From an uncultured Acidobacteriota bacterium (lineage in GTDB: Bacteria; Acidobacteriota; JAQAZP01): a stretch of 64,000 nucleotides of DNA. Positions 41,033 through 52,887 of this stretch are shown one piece after another (the first letter of the stretch is position 1; each line of letters starts with the position of its first letter). Under the pieces are notes generated by a model. That model did no database searches. It was not told where the DNA came from and saw only the letters and a program-made list of their open reading frames with translations. Location: positions 576,001 through 640,000 of the forward strand of contig CAWIIB010000001.1 in NCBI GenBank assembly GCA_963836075.1. The letters are read 5' to 3'. The position numbers and the translations under genes are program-made.

Positions 41033-42106
41033 ATGGACTGGAACAGTCAATTCATCTGGACCCAGTTTTTTCTCTGCGCGGCGGCCATCGTTTTCGCCGG
41101 CACCAAGCTGACCCGCTATGGCGACCGGATCGCCGAGATAACCGGCCTGGGCCGCCTCTGGGTGGGCGCCGTACTGCTGTCGGTGGTCACCTCCCTGCCC
41201 GAAGTTGTCACCGCCTGCTCCTCCGCCTGGCTCGGCGAGCCGGACATCGCGCTGCAGAACGTGATCGGCAGCAACCTCTTCAACGTGCTGGTGCTGGTGA
41301 TGCTCGATTTCCTGGTCCGCCGCCGGGCCGTGCTGGCCGATGCCGACCCGGGCCACCGGGGAAGCGCCTGGACCGGCACGGCGATGATGCTGGTGGTGGC
41401 CGCGGCGGCCCTCTTCTTCAACCTGGCCCAGGACCGGGGCCAGGCATTTGAAACCTACAGCCGCATTCCCATTGGTCTGGACAGCCTGTTGCTCGGCGCC
41501 ATCTACCTCTGGGCCATGTGGCGCATCTTCAAGGTGGGCCGGGCGGAACAGAAGGTCAGCAAGGCACAGTCCCCCGCGGCCACCGCCGGTGGGCTGAAGC
41601 TCTCACGCATCTACGCCGTGTTCGGCGCCGCCTCGGCGGTGATCGTGGTCTTCGGCTACCGCATGACCGTGCTGGGCGACATCATTTCCGAAACGCCGCT
41701 GCACATCGCCGGGCACCAGTTCATGATCACCGACAACTTCGTCGGCATGTTCCTCATCGCCGTGGCCACTTCCCTGCCCGAGCTGGTGGTGACCATCAGC
41801 GCCGCCCGGATGGGGGCCGCCGACCTGGCGGTGGGCAACATCCTCGGCTCGAACATCTTCAACATGGTGATCATCTTCCTGGCCGACGGCTGCTACTTTC
41901 ACGGGCCACTGCTGCTCTACTCCGGCCGGGCCGTGTTCTACACCTCGCTGCTGGGCGCCCTGATGACCATGGTGGTGCTCCACGGCATCGGCCGACCGAC
42001 CAGCCGCCTCTTCTTCAACCGCCTCGGCCCCCACTCCATGGTCATCCTGCTGCTCTACGCCGCCGGCATGACCCTGCTGGCCTCCATGGGCCTGCTGGTC
42101 TCCTAA
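41033..42106 (+). CDS. Sodium:calcium antiporter (YrbG/CaCA family)
   Basis: Duplicated alpha repeats TSLPE...NVIGSNLFN and TSLPE...NILGSNIFN. Confidence 0.92.
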   Translation: MDWNSQFIWTQFFLCAAAIVFAGTKLTRYGDRIAEITGLGRLWVGAVLLSVVTSLPEVVTACSSAWLGEPDIALQNVIGSNLFNVLVLVMLDFLVRRRAVLADADPGHRGSAWTGTAMMLVVAAAALFFNLAQDRGQAFETYSRIPIGLDSLLLGAIYLWAMWRIFKVGRAEQKVSKAQSPAATAGGLKLSRIYAVFGAASAVIVVFGYRMTVLGDIISETPLHIAGHQFMITDNFVGMFLIAVATSLPELVVTISAARMGAADLAVGNILGSNIFNMVIIFLADGCYFHGPLLLYSGRAVFYTSLLGALMTMVVLHGIGRPTSRLFFNRLGPHSMVILLLYAAGMTLLASMGLLVS

Positions 42107-42152
42107 GCGGTGACAGTCCGCTGTTTTCACGGTTCAGGTCCTGTACCTGGGA

Positions 42153-42812
42153 TCAGAAGGACGCTCGCTGCACCGGGCTGTTCCCCGGGCCGAGGTAGAG
42201 GCGGGTCACCTTGTCGACGTAGTTGACGGTCTCGGTGATCCGCGGCACGCGGCCCAGCCGTTTGACCCGGCCCTCGCCGGAATTGTAGGCCGCAAGGGCC
42301 AGGGAGAGGTCCTGGTTGAACAGGTCGTGGAGGTAGCTGAGGTAGCGGATGCCGCCGTGCAGGTTCTGGTCCGGGTCAAAGGCGTCGGAGACCCCCAGCA
42401 TGCGCGCTGTCTCCGGCATCAGCTGCATCAGCCCCTGGGCGCCCTTGGGGGACACCGCCACGGGGTTGAAACCGGATTCCACCTCGATCACCGAAACCAC
42501 CAGCCGGGGGTCCATCCCGTAGCGGCTGCAGATCGATTCGATCTTCGGCAGGTAGTACCAGGCCCTGCCGCTGCCCGGTTTCATCAGCGCGGCCAGATTC
42601 TTGCCGGCGGGCCGGCGTCTCGGTGTGGTACGCACCACCGTTTCACAGCGCGCGCCGTGCTTCGGCTGGCGGTTGGTGAAGACCACCTTGCCGTCGGGCT
42701 GAACCACGCGGTAGATATCGGCCATGGCGCCGGCGGCAAAAAACGAGAAAAGCAGGGTCAGGCAGAGATACCGCGCCGCAAAAACCGATCCTGTCGCTCG
42801 CATGCAGGGCAT
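42153..42812 (-). CDS. Lytic transglycosylase (DUF4124 + SLT)
   Basis: Signal peptide, DGKVVFTN, VESGFNP, GAQGLMQLMP and AAYNSG. Confidence 0.92.
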   Translation of the reverse strand: MPCMRATGSVFAARYLCLTLLFSFFAAGAMADIYRVVQPDGKVVFTNRQPKHGARCETVVRTTPRRRPAGKNLAALMKPGSGRAWYYLPKIESICSRYGMDPRLVVSVIEVESGFNPVAVSPKGAQGLMQLMPETARMLGVSDAFDPDQNLHGGIRYLSYLHDLFNQDLSLALAAYNSGEGRVKRLGRVPRITETVNYVDKVTRLYLGPGNSPVQRASF

Positions 42813-42915
42813 CTCGTTCTAGCTCTCCGCGGCCGGGTTGCCGATAGGTTTCTCGTTCACTCTATCGGCATGAAACGGCCGGCGGTTGAGCCGGAATTTG
42901 ATGGTCCGGGGATGG

Positions 42916-45562
<2,647 letters not shown>

Positions 45563-45825
45563 CGGAAAGTTCCTTTCATCCGGTTACGAGTAACAGCAAC
45601 GTGGATCGACCAACCGCGACCCTCACTGCTGCCCGTGGGAAGCCCAATGATCATTTGTGCGAGGGGCGGATGTCAACCGGAGAAGCTGCCGAGACAGGAA
45701 AAATAGCCCGGGATTCCGCAATCGGGTCCGGCTTCACTTTCATGGACAATAGACAGGAGAGACACTATGTTTAGACGTTAGCGATGAACGATCAAAGCAA
45801 CTTCAATCTCCAAATGGATGTATCG

Positions 45826-48195
45826 ATGAAGACCGCTCCGGTGCTCGGGCTGATCATTGTTTGTCTCTTCACAGTTCCGGCCACTGCAGCCACCATCCGC
45901 ATCCCCGCCGACCAGCCCACCATCCAGGCCGGGATCGATGCTGCCGCGGCCGGTGACACGGTGCTCGTGGCCGACGGCACCTGGACCGGCGGTGGCAACC
46001 AGAACATCGACTTCAAGGGCAAAGCGATTACGGTGCGGTCCGAGAATGGTCCGGCTGACTGCACCATCGACTGCGCCGAGGCAGGCCGCTACGCCTTCCG
46101 CGGATTCCTCTTCACCAACGGTGAAGGGCCGGATTCCCTGCTGCAGGGATTCCGGATCATCAATGGGGTGGTATACGGTACCTGGGATGCAAAGGGCGGC
46201 GGCATTTATGTCTCGGGCGCTTCACCGAGGATCGAAGATTGCATCATTGAATCCTGCCGTGCGTGGTACGGCGGCGGCATTTTCCTCGAGGACTCCTCGG
46301 CGGAGATTCTTAACTGCGTGATTACCGGCAACGACTCCAGCTGGGGCGGTGGTGGCATATGTTGCTTTGATACCGGGGTGCGGATCATTGGGAACAGTAT
46401 CGTCGACAATGAAGCCTATGACGCCGGGGGCGGCATCTTTTGTTACAGCAGCAGCGGTGTTGTGATCGAGGGGAACGAGATTGCCAACAACGTGGTGACC
46501 GAAATCGACTACTTTGGCGCCGGCGGCGGCATATTTTACTACTCTTCAAACACCCTGACCTTCACAAACAACGTGATCACCGGAAACAGTGCCTACCAAT
46601 CCGGAGGAGGCCTGGACTGCACCGCCGCATCCGCTATCATCAGTGGCAACACATTCGAAGATAACACTGCCCCTGCCGGCGGAGCGCTCCGCTTGCTCGG
46701 ATCTTCACCCACAGTGGAAAACAACCTCTTTGTTGCCAACCACGCCGACTGGTATGGCGGCGCCATCCACTGCCGTAACGCCTCTCCGGTCATCACCGGC
46801 TGCACCATGTCCGGCAACTCGGCGGAGACCTTTGCCGGGGCCGTGTACAGCAGTTCCAGCTCCGCACCCCTGATCACCAACTCGATCCTCTGGGGCAACA
46901 GCCCGGACCAGATCCATTTCATCGATCCCGGCATGCCCCTGGTCACCTGGTCCGACATACAGGATGGCTGGGAAGGCGAGGGCAACTTCGACGCCGCCCC
47001 GGTCTTCACCAATGGTCCCGAAGGTCTCTTCTACCTCAGCCAGATCGCCTCCGGCCAGGCCCTGGACAGCCCCTGTGTGGACTCCGGTGACCCGCTGTCC
47101 GAACTGGTCGACGGCACCACCCGCACTGATCAGCTGCCGGATTCGGGAATTGTGGACCTGGGCTATCACTACCCCTGTCCTGAAGCATGGATCCGCCTGG
47201 TCACCGGCCCCGGCGCCGGGTATGACAATCCGCCACTGGTGCGTGTCTATTTCCCGGTCCACCACGGTTCTCTGGAATACGAGTTCGCGGCGTATGGCGC
47301 TCCCCACTACGGTACGAATGTGACCTGCGGCGATATCAATGGTGACATGGTCGATGAGATCCTCACCGGGCCCGGCCCCGGGGACATCTACGGCCCCAAT
47401 GTGAGGGGCTTCAACAGCAGCGGCACTCCCCTGCCCGGCCTCAACTTTTTCGCCTACGGCACGAACAGGTTCGGTGTGAACGTGGATGCCGCAGACCTGG
47501 ACGGTGACGGCCGCGACGAGATCATCACCGGCGCCGGACCGGCAGAGGTGTTTGGTCCCCACGTCCGTGCCTGGATTTACAATGGCCCATCGGGTGTCAC
47601 ACCAATCCCGGGGGTGAGTTTCTTCGCCTACGGCACACCAAAGTGGGGCGTCAACGTGACGGCGGGTGACATTGACGGTGACGGGTTCGACGAGATCGTC
47701 ACCGGGACGGGGCCAGGAGCGGTGTACGGGCCCCATGTCCGTGGCTGGAACGTGGACGGCAACCCGTCGGTCTCAGCCATCCCCGGGGTCAGCTACTTCG
47801 CTTACGGCACCAACAGGTTCGGCGTCAACGTCAGCTGCGGCGACGTGGATGGCGACGGTATCGACGAGATCGTCACCGGCGCAGGCCCGGGCGCGGTCTT
47901 CGGCCCCCACGTCCGCGGCTGGAATTACGACGACAATGCCATTGCACCCCTGCCCGGATTCAGTTTCTTTGCCTGGAAGACCGAGCCGCTCAGCTTTGGA
48001 GTGAATGTCTTTACAGGGGTCGACCTGGATGGTGACGGCCGTGATGAACTGGTGGCGGGCCGCGGCCCTGGTCCGGACGCCGACACCGAGATCAAGGTCT
48101 TTACCTACGAAGGGACTGCGGTCAGCCAGTGGCTGTCACTGGAGGCATTCCCCGGTCTGACCCACGGAACAAATGTTGCGGCGGGGCGATTTTGA
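45826..48195 (+). CDS. Secreted right-handed parallel beta-helix protein with C-terminal FG-GAP/VCBS-like repeats
   Basis: Signal peptide, PADQPTIQAGID, GGGI/GGAI repeats and about 5 GDxDGDGxDEIVTG repeats. Confidence 0.85.
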   Translation: MKTAPVLGLIIVCLFTVPATAATIRIPADQPTIQAGIDAAAAGDTVLVADGTWTGGGNQNIDFKGKAITVRSENGPADCTIDCAEAGRYAFRGFLFTNGEGPDSLLQGFRIINGVVYGTWDAKGGGIYVSGASPRIEDCIIESCRAWYGGGIFLEDSSAEILNCVITGNDSSWGGGGICCFDTGVRIIGNSIVDNEAYDAGGGIFCYSSSGVVIEGNEIANNVVTEIDYFGAGGGIFYYSSNTLTFTNNVITGNSAYQSGGGLDCTAASAIISGNTFEDNTAPAGGALRLLGSSPTVENNLFVANHADWYGGAIHCRNASPVITGCTMSGNSAETFAGAVYSSSSSAPLITNSILWGNSPDQIHFIDPGMPLVTWSDIQDGWEGEGNFDAAPVFTNGPEGLFYLSQIASGQALDSPCVDSGDPLSELVDGTTRTDQLPDSGIVDLGYHYPCPEAWIRLVTGPGAGYDNPPLVRVYFPVHHGSLEYEFAAYGAPHYGTNVTCGDINGDMVDEILTGPGPGDIYGPNVRGFNSSGTPLPGLNFFAYGTNRFGVNVDAADLDGDGRDEIITGAGPAEVFGPHVRAWIYNGPSGVTPIPGVSFFAYGTPKWGVNVTAGDIDGDGFDEIVTGTGPGAVYGPHVRGWNVDGNPSVSAIPGVSYFAYGTNRFGVNVSCGDVDGDGIDEIVTGAGPGAVFGPHVRGWNYDDNAIAPLPGFSFFAWKTEPLSFGVNVFTGVDLDGDGRDELVAGRGPGPDADTEIKVFTYEGTAVSQWLSLEAFPGLTHGTNVAAGRF
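46999..47485 (+). repeat. Near-identical direct repeat, copy 1 (copy 2 at 51090-51576)
   Basis: Ungapped alignment at offset 4091 with identical runs longer than 50 bp. Confidence 0.9.
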
Positions 48196-48298
48196 TCGGC
48201 GCGTTCAATTCATGGACAATGTCTCAGTTGAGATTTCCTGCCGTTTACCGCAGGAGCAGGTGTATAATTTCGATCAATTGCAATCATGGAGGGTGCTG

Positions 48299-49822
48299 AT
48301 GAAGAATTCGCTGACCTGTTTTGCCTGCCTTTTCTTGATCGCAGCCCTACCTTCCGTTGCCGCCACCATCAACGTCCCCGGCGACCAGCCCACCATCCAG
48401 GCGGGCATCGACCTGGCGCTGGATGGCGACACGGTGCTGGTGGCCGACGGCACGTACACCGGCGAGGGCAATTGGAATATCGACTTTCACGGAAAGGCCG
48501 TGACCCTCATCTCGGCCAACGGGCGCGACCATTGCACAATCGACCTCCAGGGCCACTGGGGTTTCCAGCTGGACAGCGGAGAGGGACCGGGCAGTGTCAT
48601 CCAGGGGTTCACCATCGCCAACGGCAGCAGATCCTTCCCCCCGGGCAGCGGCGGGGCAATCTACTGCGGGGATGCAAGCCCCAGCATCCTGGACAACTCG
48701 TTCATCGACAACGTCTCCCCGGGTGATTCGGGCGGTGCCATTGCCTGTGGGAACACCACTGTGATCCGGGGGAACTACTTCTCCGGGAACTGGTGCGATG
48801 ATGACGGTGGCGCTCTCTCCACCACTGGAGGCTCCCCACTGGTTCTGGACAATGTCTTCTATGATAATGAATCCTTCCTGAGTGGTGGGGCGATTGGCTG
48901 TTGGGGGGGATCACCGCTGATCATCAACAATCTAATCGTGGGAAACAGAACGGATTTCGAGGCCAATGATATCGGAGGAGGAGGAATCTCCTGCTACTAC
49001 GGCGCTTTTCCCGAGCTCATCAACTGCACCCTGGCGGACAATGACGCCGGGTGGATTGGTGGCGCTGTTTTTGTTGATGAGTACTCCGGAATCACCTGCA
49101 CCAACTGCGTTCTCTGGAACAACACCAGCATTATGGGGTTCGACCAGATCAGCGGAATGTCGGGAGGGATGGCCCTCGTCGAATATTCCGACGTGATGGG
49201 CGGCTGGAGCGGCACCGGCAACATCGACAGCGACCCCCTCTTTGTCACCGGGCCCGGCGGAGACTACCTGCTGTCCCAGACCAGCGCCGGCCAGGCCGTG
49301 GACAGCCCCTGTCTCGACACCGGCAATGGTCCTGCTGATGACGTCTGCTACCAGGAGAACGGCTGGTGGACTTGCCTCCACCAGCTCACCACCCGCAGCG
49401 ACCGTATCCGCGACCTGGGCACGGTGGATATGGGCTACCACGCCGCGGCCTGGAGCTCGGTGGGTGCGTCGTTCACCTGCACTCCCGCTTCGGGCACCCT
49501 GCCCTTCAGCAGCCTGATGACCGCCACCCTGTTCAACCACTACCCCGATATGACCCGGAAGATTGCCGCCCGCATCGACATCGACCTGGCCGGCGGGGCG
49601 AGCTTCGCCTCCTGGCGTGCCGGTTATACCAACATCGCCGGCGGCAGCAACCATGTGCGGAGCTGGATGCAGTATTTGCCCCCGTATGCCACCTTGCGGG
49701 GAGACAATCGGTTCACGCTCATTGCCGAGGATGTGACGCCGGCGCCCTACAACCAGCCGCCCTACCCGCCGGCCGGTTCCAGCGCGTATGATCTCATCAC
49801 GGTGACCGGCTACGCTCCATAG
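48299..49822 (+). CDS. Secreted parallel beta-helix protein with a distinct C-terminal beta-rich domain
   Basis: GGAGG RBS, signal peptide, PGDQPTIQAGID and GGAI repeats; ends EDVTPAPYNQPPYPPAG... Confidence 0.85.
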   Translation: MKNSLTCFACLFLIAALPSVAATINVPGDQPTIQAGIDLALDGDTVLVADGTYTGEGNWNIDFHGKAVTLISANGRDHCTIDLQGHWGFQLDSGEGPGSVIQGFTIANGSRSFPPGSGGAIYCGDASPSILDNSFIDNVSPGDSGGAIACGNTTVIRGNYFSGNWCDDDGGALSTTGGSPLVLDNVFYDNESFLSGGAIGCWGGSPLIINNLIVGNRTDFEANDIGGGGISCYYGAFPELINCTLADNDAGWIGGAVFVDEYSGITCTNCVLWNNTSIMGFDQISGMSGGMALVEYSDVMGGWSGTGNIDSDPLFVTGPGGDYLLSQTSAGQAVDSPCLDTGNGPADDVCYQENGWWTCLHQLTTRSDRIRDLGTVDMGYHAAAWSSVGASFTCTPASGTLPFSSLMTATLFNHYPDMTRKIAARIDIDLAGGASFASWRAGYTNIAGGSNHVRSWMQYLPPYATLRGDNRFTLIAEDVTPAPYNQPPYPPAGSSAYDLITVTGYAP

Positions 49823-49849
49823 TCCTGCGATTTTCCGCAAGGAGTTTAC

Positions 49850-52280
49850 ATGGCGAGGTGGATCAGAACCGCCATCCCGACCCTCCTGCTGGGAATTGTC
49901 TGTCTCCCGGCCCATGCCGCCACCATCCACGTCCCCGCCGACCAGCCCACCATCCAGGCCGGTATCGATGCCGCCGCGGCCGGTGACACGGTGCTCGTGG
50001 CCGACGGCACGTACACCGGTGAAGGGAACCGGGACATCGAGTTCCGGGGGGAACCGATCACCGTCCGCTCCGAAAACGGGCCGGAGTACCTGCACCATCG
50101 ACTGCAACTCCTCCCCGACCAATCCGCACCAGGGCTTCCGCATCGTCTCGGGCGAGGGGGCGGGCACGTTGCTGCAGGGGTTCACGATCATCAACGGGAT
50201 GGGGGGGGGCCACGGGACGGGGGAAGGCGGGGCCGTCTACGCCTATGCTTCTGCGATCACTGTCGAATTCTGCATCATCGAGTCCAGCAGGGCCTCACGG
50301 GGTGGCGGCATCTACGCCCTGCTCGCAACGGTGAACGTCCTCGACTGCCGTATCGAGGGATGCACCGGTTGTGGAATTTACTGTCACAGTTGTGAAGGCA
50401 TAATCTCCGGCAACACCATCACCGACAACACCGGCGGCCTCGGCGCCGGCCTCCACAGTTCTTTCAGCCGCTTCCTGATCTCGGAGAACACCATCACCGC
50501 CAATACAACTTACAATGGTGGGGGCGGGATCTACTGCACCGGCGGGATCGGCACCGATATCGTCAACAATACCATCGCCGACAACTATGCCGAAACTTTT
50601 GCCAAGACGGGAGGAAACGGCATCCTCTGCCAAACCGCGGATGGCCTGAGGATCGCCGACAACGTGATCACCGGCAATACTGGTTACAGTTACGGCGGAG
50701 GGATCAGCTGCGAGTATTCATCACCGGTCATCGAGGGCAACCGAATCCAGGGGAATACGGCATTCATGGGCGGAGCGGTGAGGGTGCTTCACAACTCCCC
50801 CCTACTGAAGAACAACCTGATGACCGGGAATCATGTCAGCGGGTATGGCGGCGCGGTCCACTGCCTGTACGCCGCGCCCCGGATCGAGGGCTGCACCATG
50901 GCCGACAATCACGCCGACACCACGGCCGGTGCTGTGTACTGCAATGCGGGATCCACAGCGGTCATCACCGAATCGATCCTCTGGGGCAACACCCCGGACC
51001 AGATCCGCACCATCGAACCGGGCGAAGCAAATCTCTCCTGGTGCGACATCGAGGGCGGCTGGCCGGGCAAGAACAACATCGACGCCGACCCGGTCTTCAC
51101 CAACGGTCCCGAAGGTCTCTTCTACCTCAGCCAGATCGCCTCCGGCCAGGCCCTGGACAGCCCGTGCATCGACTCCGGTGATCCGCTGTCCGAACTGGTC
51201 GACGGCACCACCCGCACCGACCAGGTGCCGGATTCGGGAACTGTGGACCTCGGCTATCACTATCCCTGTCCTGAAGCATGGATACGCCTGGTCACCGGCC
51301 CCGGAGCCGGGTATGACAATCCGCCACTGGTGCGTGTCTATTTCCCGGTCCACCACGGTCCCATGGAATACGAGTTCTCGGCCTATGGCGCTCCCCACCA
51401 CGGTACGAATGTGACCTGCGGCAATGTCAATGGTGACATAGTCGATGAGATCCTCACCGGGCCCGGCCCCGGGAACATCTACGGTCCCCATGTAAGGGGC
51501 TTCAACAGCAGCGGCACTCCCCTGCCCGGCCTCAACTTCCTCGCCTACGGCACGAACAAGTTCGGAGTGAACGTGGCCGCCGGCGACCTGGACGGTGACG
51601 GACGTGACGAGGTCATCACCGGCGCCGGACCCGGCACTGTCTTTGGCCCACACGTCCGCGGCTGGACCTACGACAACACCGCCGTCACCCCGATGCCCGG
51701 CGTCAACTACTTCGCCTATGGCACCCCCAAGTGGGGCGTGAATGTTGCTGCGGGCGACATCGACGGCGACGGTTTTGACGAGATCGTCACCGGAGCGGGC
51801 CCCGGAGCGGTGTTCGGCCCCCATGTCCGGGGCTGGAATGCGGACGGCGGAGAAGTCACCGCCATTCCCGCAGTCAGCTTCTTCGCATACGGCACACTGA
51901 AGTTCGGCGTCAATGTCAGCTGCGGCGACGTGGACGGCGACGGTATGGACGAAATCGTCACCGGTGCCGGTCCGGGCGAGAATTTCGGTCCCCACGTCCG
52001 AGGCTGGAACTACGACGGCGACGCCGTCACTCCCCTGTCGGACTTCAGTTTCTTTGCCTGGCTGACCGGTTCCCAGAGCTACGGGGTCAACGTCTTTACC
52101 GGCACCGACATCAACGGCGACGGCCTCGACGACGTGATCGCCGGCCGCGGCCCCGATCCGGAGGCTGATACCCAGGTCAAGGTCTTCAGCTACTTCCAGG
52201 GCGAGGTGGTGGAGTGGATGGCTATCGACGCCTTCGAGGGAATGACCCACGGTACGAACGTGGCGGCGGGACGATTCTGA
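49850..52280 (+). CDS. Secreted parallel beta-helix protein with FG-GAP repeats (apparent +1 error at ~50090)
   Basis: AAGGAG RBS; paralog of the 45826 gene; removing one C joins ENGPEY-CTIDC. Confidence 0.85.
51090..51576 (+). repeat. Near-identical direct repeat, copy 2
   Basis: Matches 46999-47485. Confidence 0.9.
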
Positions 52281-52291
52281 ATCCATAAAAA

Positions 52292-52316
52292 TGGCGAGCC
52301 CAATGGGATTTGAACC
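52292..52316 (-). other. tRNA 3'-end fragment (T-loop to CCA), att-like
   Basis: Minus strand reads GGTTCAAATCCCATTGGGCTCGCCA, with canonical spacing of T-loop, T-stem, acceptor strand, discriminator and CCA; the 5' half is absent. Confidence 0.7.
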
Positions 52317-52318
52317 GG

Positions 52319-52831
52319 TCACCAGTCCAGCAGGTCGGGGAACTCCCGGGCCAGGTGGGACCTGACCGCGTCGGGCGGGTGGCCGTTGTTGGCCAGGTGC
52401 CGCATCAGGCGGACCAGGCCCTTGCGGTTCTTCGGCCGGCCGCCCACCCTGAGCCGCTTCTCCAGCGCCCGCTGCAGGATGGCATCCCGGCCCCCGGCCT
52501 CCAGCTGAGCCTCCTCCGCCGCTTCGGCTGCAACGACCTCGTCCACGCCCAGACGGCCCAGTTCCAGCAGCACCCGTCGCATCCCCTGGTTGCGGTGGAC
52601 AAAGCGGCTGCGGGCGGCCTCGCCGGCAAAGCGGCGGTCGTCCAGCAACCGCTGCTCCTTCAGCCGCACCAGCACCCGGGCCACTGTGTGCGGATCCCCC
52701 GGGCCTGCAGCTCGGGTGCCGGCTTCCAGGCGCGTGCGCAGCTCGGCCTCGGAACGCATCCGTACAGCCAGCAGCTTCACCGCCCGGGTATAGAGCGCGG
52801 CATAGGTGTCCTCACCCTTTTCCTGGTTCAT
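52319..52831 (-). CDS. recX: Regulatory protein RecX
   Basis: LLAVRMRSEAELR, LLDDRRFA and ELGRLGV; pilT-recX-alaS context. Confidence 0.85.
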   Translation of the reverse strand: MNQEKGEDTYAALYTRAVKLLAVRMRSEAELRTRLEAGTRAAGPGDPHTVARVLVRLKEQRLLDDRRFAGEAARSRFVHRNQGMRRVLLELGRLGVDEVVAAEAAEEAQLEAGGRDAILQRALEKRLRVGGRPKNRKGLVRLMRHLANNGHPPDAVRSHLAREFPDLLDW

Positions 52832-52887
52832 GAATCAGAGGATATCACGCGCGGCGGCAGGCAGCGCAAGGGGCTGCGCGGCCCGGA

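Larger units (their letters stand above)
45636..52316. mobile_element. Putative inserted islet (no integrase) carrying three beta-helix genes
   Basis: Opposite-strand, visibly more AT-rich block splitting recX-alaS; tRNA 3'-end remnant at the right edge and a degenerate direct repeat at the left edge. Confidence 0.45.

Noticed and set aside
47290-48195. Regular repeats as a possible CRISPR array or DGR template/variable pair
   Set aside because: The repeats are in-frame FG-GAP-like protein repeats with synonymous variation. Differences between the paralogs are not confined to adenines, and there is no reverse transcriptase or cas gene.
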